This document shows, piece by piece, positions 35,433-48,152 of a stretch of 64,000 nt of DNA. The position numbers and the translations under genes were made by a program. The stretch covers positions 17,684,567 through 17,748,566 of the forward strand of contig CM120649.1 in NCBI GenBank assembly GCA_051362555.1, in the 5' to 3' direction. Under the pieces are notes generated by a model. It did not search any database, was not told the DNA's origin, and saw only the letters and a program-made list of their open reading frames with translations. Origin of the DNA: Lingula anatina. Taxonomy: Eukaryota; Animalia; Brachiopoda. Within the stretch, counting starts at the first letter, position 1, and each line of letters begins with the position of its first letter.

Positions 35433-38400
35433 TACTTCGACATTAACAGGAATTTCTTAGTGAGAAATGGAGGCAAATGTCGGCTGATAAGCACCAAGAA
35501 AAGTTGCCGATTTTCCTTCCCCAACATGCCTCAACCTTATCTCCTTGGTAAAACATTCTTGTAGGTCAGCATTGGAGAAAAATTAGACCAAATGTGAAAC
35601 ATTTTCCAATTTTTCAAAAAAACTGAGAAAAAAATGCTTACTTGTTAATACTAACATAAATAAAGAGACCCTGTCGATCCTAAGACAACATTTTATCTCA
35701 ATAGGTACAAAGTATGTAGAAGTGAAGAGCAGAGGAGCCAGAAGGACGAACACCTGCGTTATTCTAACTTCAATCCCTTAACCAGCTGACTGCCCTACTT
35801 AAGAATTCATTGCATGTTTCTGGTGCCAATTTTCGACAGAAATAGAAGAAAACACTCACTCCTGTCACCTGCTTCGCCGTTACCATAAAAAACATCTACG
35901 ATGTGCGTTATCTTTCACCTCATTAAACATCCAGCAGATGGGGGCTCCATAACACCGTTACATAATAGAGGATGGGGGAAATTTTTTGTGTTCTAAAAAA
36001 TTAATCACTGGACTGAATTCAGCTTCTAGAATGCTCTTGTTAGTGAAATTATAGGAGTTGTACCTGGAATATATTAGAATCAGGTATATTTCCTGACTTC
36101 AGTGAATCAACTAAATGATCACATCATTGGGTGATATCCTTCCTTTCATTTCAGATTTATCATTTTTTTATGCAGTGAATATGTTTATTCTTATTCAAAA
36201 TACAGTGAAAATGTTCAACTTTATCATTCATAATGTACTTTCTCATTCCACACACAACCCATAAGACCCAGGACACAGAAAGTAATCGACAGCCAAAAAA
36301 ATCATACTTCAAATAAGAAATACACATAAAATAGAAAATAAAAATAAAAATAAAAAACCCTGCCATAATTGATGACCAACTCTTGTTGTATATCTAATTT
36401 CACGTTCACCTGGGGATACTGATATTTCTCACCTGCAGGGGAGCATGGGTACATAGATCATGTACAGGTACGTATCAACCTTGGATCAAGACCACCCAGA
36501 TCATTTTTTTTCCTGATTTATTAATTTTGTGGCAAGTTCTGAAAAGATTGGTCTGAAGATGATATAGATCGAGGAGTGTTGAGATGTGTACTTATGGTGG
36601 TGGGGGTGGGAGGGGGGTTGGAGGGGGGGTTATGGGGGGGGGGAGGGAAAGGGCATCCCAATTACCCTCTCTGAGCTCAAACTGGAAAAGCCATGAACCT
36701 TTTCATAGAGAAAATTGGTACGTGTTGGAGGTGTGTCATATGAGAGAGAGAGAGAAAGAGAGAGAGGGGTTTAGAAATAGAAAACATGCTGTTAAACATG
36801 TTGGAAATTTACAGATCTACACAACAACACTTAATTACTCTTCACCAAAGTAACAATACTCCCCCCCCCCCAAGCCCCCGCCCACATTCTGCCAGTCCAT
36901 CTCTCCAGGTCACACCCCAAAGGATGCTTAACCTATGAGATAATTACCACAACCATTACGCCATTCGTAAGAAAAACGCAAGCAGTCACTCTGCCCTCGC
37001 AGCTGCTTCGGCTCATGTGCTACCTTCACAAGCTGACAGATGCAGACAGCATTGGAAGTGCTTTTTTCCCCCAGTAATAACAAAATTCCAGTCAGGTGCT
37101 CCCCGTTCCCTAATGTGAGAGGGTGGGTTGCAAGCACAATTAGCATTTGCATATTATATATTATATATGTTTAACACTCCCAAAGTTAGGTTATCTACTA
37201 TTTCACTGCACAGCAGGAGTTAGAAGAAATGCCTTACAATTCCGACAGTTTTTTTCATACATTTGTCGTAAAGATGTAATTTTATTATGGTCTCTCATTG
37301 CAAAATTTCTCATCTATTGATCCTTCACATGTTGGTGTTATTTGAAGTCTACATAAAACTCTACAGTAAGTGCTATATAGATGAGCTAAAAAAACACAAA
37401 ATGATTTTTGGGAAAAATAGCAACTTGCACTTACAAAAACTATAATCAAAAATAAATAAATCAACAAACAAATTAGTAAATTATTCTTAAATAATTACTA
37501 TTATAAAATAATAAATATTGGGACCTTAATGTACCTTAAATCCATCTTATTAGAGAACACTCATATCCCAACCAAGGCAATATCAGCAGACATGTTGCTG
37601 TTTCCTAAAACCCAAGGGACGCAATTTCTGGGAAAGCCTGGTCAATAAGCCAACGTAGCTAATAGTGATTGGTGTCTTGTGTCTACTAATGGCAATAATG
37701 GATATGGTCAGTAGTGGTCATTCCACCCTGCCCTCATTAATTTTTTACACTTTAATCCAGCAATCAACATCATCAGCAGCAGCAGTATCACTGTCATCAT
37801 CATCATCATCATCAATGCAGTCATCATCATAGGGACACTTCAATCAAATCTAAAAATATCTCTGCTCATCAACTCCTTCAAAGATAAATGAACAATATTG
37901 TAACAAGTCGATGTTTAAGCCACTGCTCTGTAATTCTAAACAGCCCTCAATAAAGTTTTCTCCACCACAATATTTTTTCGAACTTTTGAAAATGACTGTG
38001 CTCTACCTCCATTTTATGATAATAATAAACAAAGAGTAAACACATGTCTACCTCTAGGGACAAGTTGTTTGCTCTTAAATATACCTCACCCTCTTTACTG
38101 ATCTAGATTTGTGTGCCATACCCAAAAGCTATACAATGCCCTTCAAAACTGTGACCTGGATTCACTCCCCAAAGTTTTAACTGCAAGTGACTTAAATCAT
38201 GAATTTTTCAACAAACAATTTATTTTGATCTTCTTTAAGTGTTCAAAATGTCTGTGCACCAACCATACTTTTCTTTCCATGCTGATGACCATTAACGCCT
38301 ATCATGACCACTTAATCACTCATTTTCACACCTGTTATCAGCCAGGGCTATCAACAGCTCCTTCTCGGCCATCCATCAAATACCTGTGGTCAGTTACAGC

Positions 38401-38688
38401 GGTCAAGTCCAAGTCTTGTGCCTCTCTCTCCCCTCCCCCCCCCCCCCCCCCCAACCCCAAAAAAGGAATCCTGTGTGGAGAGGGCTTCAAAAGTACAGGT
38501 TGCCTGTAAGATATATTTGTGGTTAATCAACATCACCTCCGACTTTTTTGTCTCTGTCACTGACTCATCACACAGATGTGGTCAGTTGTGTCTGTCTAAT
38601 GGTCAAGATGGTGAACTGATCCTGCTGAGCCTGGCTTCATATCTGCCTGCTGTGATTGGTGAATTCTGCATCTCTTGTTCAGCCTCTC

Positions 38689-38741
38689 GGCTGTCTTCTG
38701 GGTCTTTCGGAAGATGGTCAGTTTTTCAAGTTTACATTGAC

Positions 38742-38774
<33 letters not shown>

Positions 38775-38856
38775 GCCAGAAGACACTCTAAAATGGAGGA
38801 TGGATTGACAAAGATAATTTGGAAGACTGTCACAAAATATCTGTGGATCAGCCCCT
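38689..38856 (+). mobile_element. Interspersed repeat family B, copy 1 (CAGGGGCGGAT...GGATCCGCCCCTG-type MITE remnant)
   Basis: GGTCTTTCGGAAGATGGTCAG..TTTTCAAGTTTACATTG...GAAGAC...AAAATGGAGGATGGA...AAAATATCTGTGGATCAGCCCCT, alignable by eye with the copies at 45948 and 58779. Confidence 0.7.
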
Positions 38857-41800
38857 TATGTAGGTTTCTATGGGTGCTTTCCCAGAGATTTAGATCGATC
38901 TAAAGATTAAGTTTTAGATGGACCTAACTCCCTGGGGGTTCAGGCTAAATTGCAGTCAGCCGAGCGGACACCATAGTTAATTACCCCCTTAGAGCTTTTA
39001 GTAGGCGGGACAGACGCTTAAGCCGGCCAAGCTGACAGTAATCTAGTGAGACTCCCAACAGGGAGATCAAACTAGCATGAGATCAAACTAGCACTGACCA
39101 TTGGTCAGCCTCTCCTCACTCCAACCTCATCAAAAAAAAAAAAAAAATCAAATGGTCATTACCACTACAGCTTTGGTCACTGTGTTTCTTCAGGTGGTCC
39201 CAGATCACCAATCTTTCGATTGCTGGAGTGTTAAGCGTCCAAACCAGCAATGACCACTGGCCTATTATCACACATGGAGGTGTTAAGTATTTAAGATAAC
39301 ACCAGGCCAGCAGGAGGGTCATTAACACCTCTTTGTTATCAATATGTCCATCTTGTCTTCACTTGTCCAGACAGTCCAGGTAACTGTCCTCAGCTGACCT
39401 TGACTGATGACCACAAGTGACCAGTAGACATTATGGTAATTGTTCTTTGATTTCGCACACCGCACTGGATTCAATTATTTATTTTTTTTAGGTTGTGCTA
39501 ATTTTAGTTTGGCAGGCATCAAAGTTTCTGAGATTAATTGACTTTTTAGCATTTGTGGATGTTTTTCAAACCACAGTTTCATGGTCTTTAATTTTGGAGA
39601 AATGACATCATATATTATTTTTTGTTCAGACCTGGAGGATATCAAGTGAAAGAAATTATGAAAATAATGTTCTTTATCATCTGACATCTTCATAGAAAAA
39701 TATAGGAAAAATAATTTCATGCACAGGTATTGCACAACTGTGGATTTGAAACTGAAGTGGGACATTTTCTATAAGACAGACACCTTGAAAAAAGAACAAG
39801 AGTAAAGGACAGACAGACTGATGAAATAGATATCCAAAGACAAAGACAAGGATGTAGACACATGGATATCCTCCAACATTGTTCAAACAAACAAAGATTC
39901 CTCAAACAAGACCTCCCGGATGCTGATTATACTTGCTACAGCAGTAACTGAAATATTTTAAATGCTATACTCATTCTAATGTTTCATTCTTTTAAAAACT
40001 TTTTCTATTTGCAACTATGATATTTCTGTCTCTTAAGGGAAACAAACTTGTTTTGCAGAACTCTAAAATCCTCTTTTAATTGCTAACAAAGCATTGTTTT
40101 GGGAAGTATCAAAAGTAAATTATGTTTATTTATTTATTTATTTTTTTTTTTTTTTTTTGTAATAGCCATAAACTTTACTCCAAGATAACAGTTGTTATTC
40201 CTAAGTAATGTAAACAAAACCCACTTGAAAAAAGTTTCAATTTCTTAATGCGGTTGACCTTGTCTGAGTGTCAAATTCATCTACTTATCTACCCTGTCAT
40301 CAATGTTTATCCTCAATATCTAATATTATGCCCCTCATCCCTAATCCATATATCAGTGCTTTTATTTTCCATATCCTACTCTCATTTTTGGCCCATGTCA
40401 GATATTCAAATGATTTTATGGCAGATAAATTACCAGACAAGAGGGAATGTCAACAAGGAGAACGTCTCTTCCTGGGAAACCCCAAAGATGTCACCACTTT
40501 CCAACTCTGGTGAAGTTTGTTCAAAAAAAATATTTCCACCTCAGACTCAGAAAACTGATAATTTCTGATGAACAGATCAAACAGAATTTGAAAAAATGAC
40601 AATTTTTGTTTCAAACATTATAGGAATAGGTACATCCTACAGACAAACCCTATTTCGGCCAGTGTAAACCGGTTTGAAGTGCCATACCTGAAGATCACAT
40701 AAAGGAGAAGAGGAAGAGGCACTTGTCCTCCCACGTAATAATTTTCTAGCCTGGCAACCTTGGAACATCAGACAGCCTCGTACAGCTCCCTCACAGCTTC
40801 ATACCAACACCTGTCTCTAACGTTTCTCAACGATGATGTAATTTTAGTAATGGGGCACAACAGGGATGAGACGACCATTTAGTGAAAAAATCAGAAAATA
40901 TGGCGCTGGGTCCAGGGGACTGCTTAAGCCAATGACACTTTTGGCTCCCAAATAGTCAAAAATCCATTGATAATTGGGAAAATCTCATACCTGGTTCACT
41001 GCAGGTCTCGGGAGGGGGGAGAGGAGTGAAGAGGGAGGAAGAAATGAAATAGGAAGATTATAAGATAGGAGGAGATCTATACATGGTTGGACTCCACTTC
41101 ACTGGTGACAGCCATGACAACAAGAAGGGTCTGGTTGTATCTGAAACACGCCACCAATTATTGGTTGTTCAATTACACTTTCAATTCAGACATGATATGC
41201 ACAAACAGAATGCTATTTAATCTCCTCAGCCTCCCTTTGATTTCCCCTCCTCCTTTTCTCTTCTGTTGTATATATTGTACAGATGTCTACCTGTATCTTT
41301 GCCCATAAAACAGTCAGTGTTGCATAATATACACACAGCCATGCATAGCCAAACAGAGGGGAAAATATGTGGGAAAATGGCAAATGGGAAAAGAAGCGAT
41401 ATTTCAGTGTCAATATAAATCAAGTTCTGGGATTTGGTTGATTTAAGAATTAAATAAACTGCATTAAAAGGATTAGTTTTAAGGGAAAAAAATACTTTGG
41501 AACACCAAATCACAGATGGTGGTTCGATCCTTGTGGAGAAAAGGAGTAAAGCTGTCTAAAAATGTGGCTTGGCCAAAGGGAAATGATGGACATTCAAATA
41601 CCGAGTCCTTCAAAACAAGTACTTCAAAACATAGCACTGGATTTGAAATGAATAAAAAGAAAATTAATACAAAAAAAGAAAATGGATAAAAAATTTAATG
41701 AAAATTGAGGAAGAAAAACAAACAAACATAAGATTAATGAATTATTTAATTATATTAATTGCCACCTTTGTGGCTCTCAGTGAGTAGAACCTTGTGAAAT

Positions 41801-44800
41801 AGTTCATTCAATCTTCACGTGGCAAGATTAAAACATGAAAACTAATACATCAAAGCAGCCAAAAACTGACTCTTTTACAGAACACAGACAATTTTTTGTT
41901 TCACCACATCTTTTCAACAAGAATCTGCTAACAAAGTAAAAATGTCTCAAGGAATTCTCATGGATTACCTAATGACCTGACCTGTCTTCATTTTTGAAAT
42001 CTAACAATTGAAGCACGTCTGGGAGCATTTTAGAGGTTTTACAGCCATCTTTTAACATGGCAGCTGTGTTGTTGATGTTAATGACACAACACGATATTTA
42101 AACGGATGAGACACACCTTAAATGTACCAAGTGACAAAAAACTGAACATAGTTGCGTGCATTCATAATAATTTTTTTTTTTTTTTTGCTTAAATGGGTTT
42201 ATAAAAGTAACTATACGAAATATGCTGGTACCATTTTTCATTTTTTTTTTTTTTTTTTTCATTTTTTTTTTTTTTGACATTAGTTTAGATAATTTTTCAA
42301 GTGAACCAGTAATACCTCAATCAAAATGAACTTATTTCATAGCTTTTAAGTTATATTTTTAGCTGCATTTAAAGCTTTTTATCACAAAGCCTCTTTCCTC
42401 TGACCATAAAAAGGTGACATTTATTACACTGCCCAAGGGAGAATAGTTTAAAATTAAACATCACAATACCATAACGACTTAATGTTCATATGCACTTCGT
42501 GAATAAATAACTTTCTCTCTCTCTCTCTCACCCGCTTTCCCTCTCTTTCTCTGTCTTTACCCCCTCCCCCTCTTCCTTCTCTCTCTCCCTTATTTAATTC
42601 CATCTGGCTGCCTTTTAAAAAAATCATTCTGAACATTAAGTGGCATATGTATGAAATACTGCAAATTGTGCAAACATGAGATTCAACACAGTACACATTT
42701 AAAAGTATTTTCTTTATTATATATATATATATATATATATAGACTTTCATCTTTAAAGAGATAAAATAGAATCATCCAAGACAGCCTAAATAAAGGTTAT
42801 TGGCACTGTATGACATTATACATAAGACTCACAAAATGTGTCAGAATTCTTACGAAGTGGAGTTCACATTTCAGTAGTATCTTTATAAAACCCTGCATCC
42901 CTGTGATGTCTTCTTAGAAAGCAATACAAAAATGACACCCAAAACATCATGAATTTGTACGTTGTGCAATGAACTGTGAATCGACTAAAAAGAAAACAGC
43001 CAGAAAAATATCCCTGGATAAATTTCAGTGGGCTTTTATTCCTTGTCACACAGCAGGCATCAGTCTGCCTTGTTTTTCATCCAAGTCACAAGACACTGGG
43101 TTATTTGCATGGGATAATACCAATTATCCTCCATTTTTAATGGTAAAGCCTATTAAATACCCACTCTAACAAATATATAACTAAAAAAAAAGGCTCCAAT
43201 AAAAGGTTCATTAGAACTGATGTATGAATTTATCAAAAAAAGACTAACGAAAAATTGTCGTAGCACCAACTTTGAAAGGGGTAAGAATGGGCAAAATTTT
43301 GTTTTCACCAAGGGGTTGCAAGCCAAGTCTCGGTAACAGGGAGTTCAGATAGACCAATCACTCTTCTACTGGTATCTCTTGATGTGGGATAGGAATGACT
43401 CACAACTCAGTTGACAGAACTTAGGAGTCCAAACACTTAATTGCACTTCATGTGACACTTCCAAACAGCATTGGCAGGTTAGGGAAAAAAAAGGTCTGTG
43501 TGAGAGCAGCAATTGGGTAATTTCAATATCCTGTACATTTGATAAGCTTTTTTTTGTGTGTGTGTGTTTGTGTGTGAAAGCTGAACTACTATATCTCAAT
43601 CATATAAACTGCTCATTTTTTCAAACCAAACAAAGAACTGAATACCATAATAGAAAATTATGACATGTGCCTTGAGTTTACTAATATATATCATCACTTT
43701 CATCTATAAAATTTCACAAGAACCCCCCTCCCTTCCTCCCAAACAGTAAAATCTCGCTTTCATTCTGTCCACAATGACACATCAGCCGCATTCACACAAG
43801 ACTACCCAAGACCCAAAAACCAGCACCACTGTAACCAATCCACTTCACTTTCGTTCCAAACAAACCCAGTGTGGGCACACCCCAAGGCCCAGAGCAGATG
43901 AGGTGCTCCCCTCACCTGGTACAGACCAATCAATCACGAGCTTTAAAGAAAAGTCGGTGACAGCCCTTTGGTGGTATTTAACCTAAAATAAGCTCTCGCA
44001 CACACTGATTTCACTGCCAATGATATTACATGTCGCTGTCACTTATTTAGACTGATATATTTGCACTGTGTGTCTGCAGCCACAAATGGAGTCAGCTGGC
44101 CGCCGGTAAAGTAGTCGCCTCTTGATAAATTTCGAGCGGAGTCGCTGGGGTCAACTGACACATAATGAAGGTGGCTTAACCATTCTGAGTACTCATGCTA
44201 AAAAAACTTCACTCTTTTCTTTTCATACTGCAAAAATTAAGTCATTCAGTTGTATTTTACATTCATAAATCTTATAAAGTTATAACTGGACTTACAGGTT
44301 ATTTTAATTGTCACATGGTGTCTCCCCTTTTCTTTTTAAGTTGGAAGCCAAGTGTGAAAGATTTCATTTTTAAATCAAGTGTTTTACAAAAATATTTCTT
44401 TCTATCTGTCTGTCCACTTGTACCTATTGACTGTATACTCAATATAAAAAGAAATAAAAAAAGATTTAAAATTCTAAAAATTCTATAATGAAAATAAAAT
44501 TCATTTGGTGTGTAATTTTTTTTTCATTTTTTTTTTTTTTTTTTTTTTTGTAAAATGTGTCTTCTATGGAAATTGTGCCATCTTCTTACTTTCTTCAGAT
44601 TCAACAACAAATGTATCGAAATTGCCATCCCGAAAATCCAGCAAGGAGAAACCATCTAAGTCTGCTAAAAATAATAATAAAAAAATGGGCTCATACAGGT
44701 CACGAAAAACAATTCTAGTACTTCACAAAATGAGGCAGTAATTGAACAAGTCAACGGTACTCAGAGTTGGTTGAGAACAGGACTTTTTCCAAGTAAGGAA

Positions 44801-45947
44801 AGGGTCGCCATTCCAGTCAAGTTAACATTGTTTTACACTTGCCCTGCTCTATCATGTACTGAATCTCGGGTTGCAAATGGCATTGTCAACTTCTATAAGT
44901 CTTACTGGAAAATTGCTGCAGGCATACCTTACCACACACAGAATTTAAAATCTATTTTTTTTTCTTTTTTTTTTTTTTTTTAAATTACCACGCACCTTTG
45001 CCGTGATCAAAAATATTCTGACTTCAAAAACATCTAAAATACTGAAATCACCTGCAATATACGACACTTTTCAATCTTTTCAAATAGTGATATATTTCTA
45101 ATACAGAAAAACAAAATTGAGAGTGAAATTAAAATGCCTTGCACCTTCCACATCCTCCAAATTGTCCAAGTGGCAAGTAGTCTTTTAAATGTCTATAACA
45201 CTTCAACTTGAATATAAAATGTATGGCCAATATAAATTATTTTCATTTTAAGTAGTAAATAACTTACTTTGATAATTAGAACCAGATAAAAACAATTATG
45301 AATGCGACATATTTCACAACTCCATGATAAAACTGGAAAACTAACTATATGGACCTAAGAATGCACCACGCTAACACTAAGTCAAGACCTGGATAACAAA
45401 ATCTACTCTGATTAGATAAGAGCTTACCATCACTACAGAATATCAACAAAAGTGCCTTTGTAATTGATTCTTGATATTTTTGGGGAAAATGTTCATTTTT
45501 GTCTCATTTCTCATTGATTTGGAGCTATAAGGCAAATCTCATGGTAGATATTCACAATTGCAAGTTGAACTTCAGCAGTAAAAGTACAAAGTATTCAGTA
45601 TCAACAGCCGTCTGTTTTTTTCTGTATGAATAACTATAATAAAAACATTTTGATTTCCAACAAAACAATACCAAAAAGCATCTTGCAAAACTTTCCTTCA
45701 CCAGATTCCAATGGCTCTTGTTATCAATAAAACATTAATTCAAAAGGGAACATTATTTTCTCGCAAATAGGTGATGTAATTTCCATTCAGTATTAAAGCT
45801 GACACTGAGAAATCATCCATAAAAATTATGTTTTAAAAGGGATTGTTTTCCTTTCAACAATTAAATATGTCAACATCTCCTTATCTAGTCCTTTAAATAC
45901 TGAATTTCTATTGGCAGCAATGTCTAAAAGGGGTGGAAGGGAAGGAG

Positions 45948-46103
45948 CAGGGGCGGATGGGGTGTCTTCTTGGTCTTCCGGAAGACGGTCAGATTTTCAA
46001 GTTTACATTGTCGGGTATCCAATTTTTTCTGTTGGAAGACGGTCAAAAATGAAGGAGGGATAAACAAAGAGACTGTCAGAAAATATCTCTGGATCCGTTC
46101 CTG
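45948..46103 (+). mobile_element. Interspersed repeat family B, copy 2
   Basis: Begins CAGGGGCGGAT, ends GGATCCGTTCCTG (imperfect TIR); same internal motifs as copy 1. Confidence 0.72.
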
Positions 46104-46505
46104 AGGAGGTTAGGAAGAGATGAACATTTTTACTGCAAACCCTATGTGTACTCACAAAACCTAGTACAAATTCTAATTTAGTGGAACTTTTTCTGGCAAA
46201 AATATCAGTTGATCCTCACCCCTTCAACTGCCCCCCCCTCGTCTAACCATTTGTCTAATCACTTAAAATACTCAAAATGAGGCATATCAAAGCCTTAAAA
46301 TAATGATCATACACAAATTTCATCTTATTTTGATGAAAAAACTTGACATTTCTGTGCTTTATCTTTTAACATTTTCAGTAACCACCCTTCTGAAACAGTA
46401 ATATTAAAAGCACTCGACTATCGCAATTAATGAAAAGATACTATTGCAAACCACGGTGCTCCACGCAATAACAGAAAATTCTATTCAAATGACATTTTTA
46501 TACCT

Positions 46506-46538
<33 letters not shown>

Positions 46539-46723
46539 AACTCTAGAGACAATTATTTACCACTTGAACAACAAGGTCAAGTGGAATCAATCATGATGTT
46601 AGATCCATCATATCTAGGAAATAAACCCAGCAAAGATGAAGCACTGTTGTGCATAGATGATGATGAAGAGTTATGGTGTGGAAAATGATTGCCAACTGAA
46701 ATGTTTTGATTGATCGGGGTTGA

Positions 46724-47157
46724 TGAGTCACTACTTATCAAAATTAATTTTTTTAATTTTTCCTCCAGTAAAAAAATTAATTTGGAACAGTGTAGAGTAC
46801 AAATACTCAAGCTTAAAAAAAAAAGAAAAAAAAAGCGGCAGCTCGTTGGTAGAATGACGCACATTCAAGCAATCTGAGGATGCTCCATCAAGTTTTGAAT
46901 TTATATTTATGCTAATCGGTTCTGTAGACAAATTTATGGAGTGAATTAGTTCAGTGAGTCAGGTCTTGTCTGGGGACAAATTTTCAAATCCAGAATTTCC
47001 AAACGTTGGTGACGAGGGATGCAAATTAAGAAACTTATGGGAACTTGAATCGTGACTCACAAGCCAATATGAGCCGAGTTTTTGTAATGGCACAATTTAA
47101 TAAGGGTTTTCGAAAGAAAGAAAAAAATAGTTATTGAGAATTAGCCAGTGTGAGTCA
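46724..47157. promoter_or_regulatory. Cluster of four AP-1 (TGA[C/G]TCA) sites
   Basis: TGAGTCA at 46724, 46955, 47151; TGACTCA at 47053. Confidence 0.4.
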
Positions 47158-47616
47158 CAAACAGCAAGGGACACATCTTTCAGCTTTATTGCTGTGGCAC
47201 AAAGGCTCAAAGAAGTTAATCACTTGAAACTTGAAAAAGAAAAAAAAGAAAAACAGGCACGAGACTTTTAAATTTAATTTGTTCAAGGTTAAAGCATTTT
47301 CATTTAACAGATTTACCATTTGAGCCCACTTTATAAGGTTTAAGGTCAAGTAATTTAAACCCTCTTTCATAGTTTCCAAAATTTTAAAACCACACTTTTC
47401 TTGTTTCAGGAAAAGCCCATCTTTCGCCTTCTAATTTATAAAGTAAAACACTTTCTTTTGTAAGTCTAATGAGGCAAGCAGTTGTTACATCTGATGATTT
47501 GTTGACTGAAAATTTAAATGGATTCTTTCACCATCAAAACATCACTGTCTGCATGCACATATTTTCTGGCAAACAACTACATCTTATTATTCACCAAATG
47601 AACTAAATGCCCTGGT

Positions 47617-47751
47617 GATCCAAACCAGTTTAGGCTGTCCATGTGACATCATCTAGATCCAAACCAGTTTAGGCTGTCCTGGTGACATCATCTAGATCCA
47701 AACCAGTTTAGGTTTGTTCTGATGATATCATCGAGATCCAAACCAGTTTAG
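47617..47751. repeat. 39-40-bp minisatellite, about 3.4 copies
   Basis: GATCCAAACCAGTTTAG at 47617, 47656, 47695, 47735 with related intervening sequence. Confidence 0.92.
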
Positions 47752-48152
47752 CTTTAAACCAGAGTTGATCAAACCACCAGTGAAAATCCATCCTATACCC
47801 GCACACACATATACTCCGTCTCCCATCAGGTGCCCTCTCAGCCATTTCCATCAAAGAGATCATCTGCTCTATTTCAAAAGTCACTCAGGAAGTTTCATGA
47901 TATAAAATCACAGACCTGTCTGGCCACACTTCCTCTAATACCACGCAAAATATGCAGGCAATATTGGGGGGGGAGGGGGGGGGGGGATGTCTGGTCTCAA
48001 AACAAGCATAACCTGTGACATGGCCAATATTGTGACATGCTCTAAAACTGGTCGCATAAGATATTGAGACAAATCAGTAAGGACGTGAATTAGACAGGAC
48101 ATATCAATAAACAAAATTAATTCTACACTCAGAAACAAACAAACAAAAACTG

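Noticed and set aside
46577-46931. Ser/Asn/His-rich minus-strand ORFs
   Set aside because: Interrupted by homopolymer runs and frame changes; no convincing splice sites or recognisable domain.
47617-47751. 17-bp constant repeat with 22-23-bp 'spacers' (CRISPR-like look)
   Set aside because: The spacers are clearly homologous to each other; an ordinary minisatellite.
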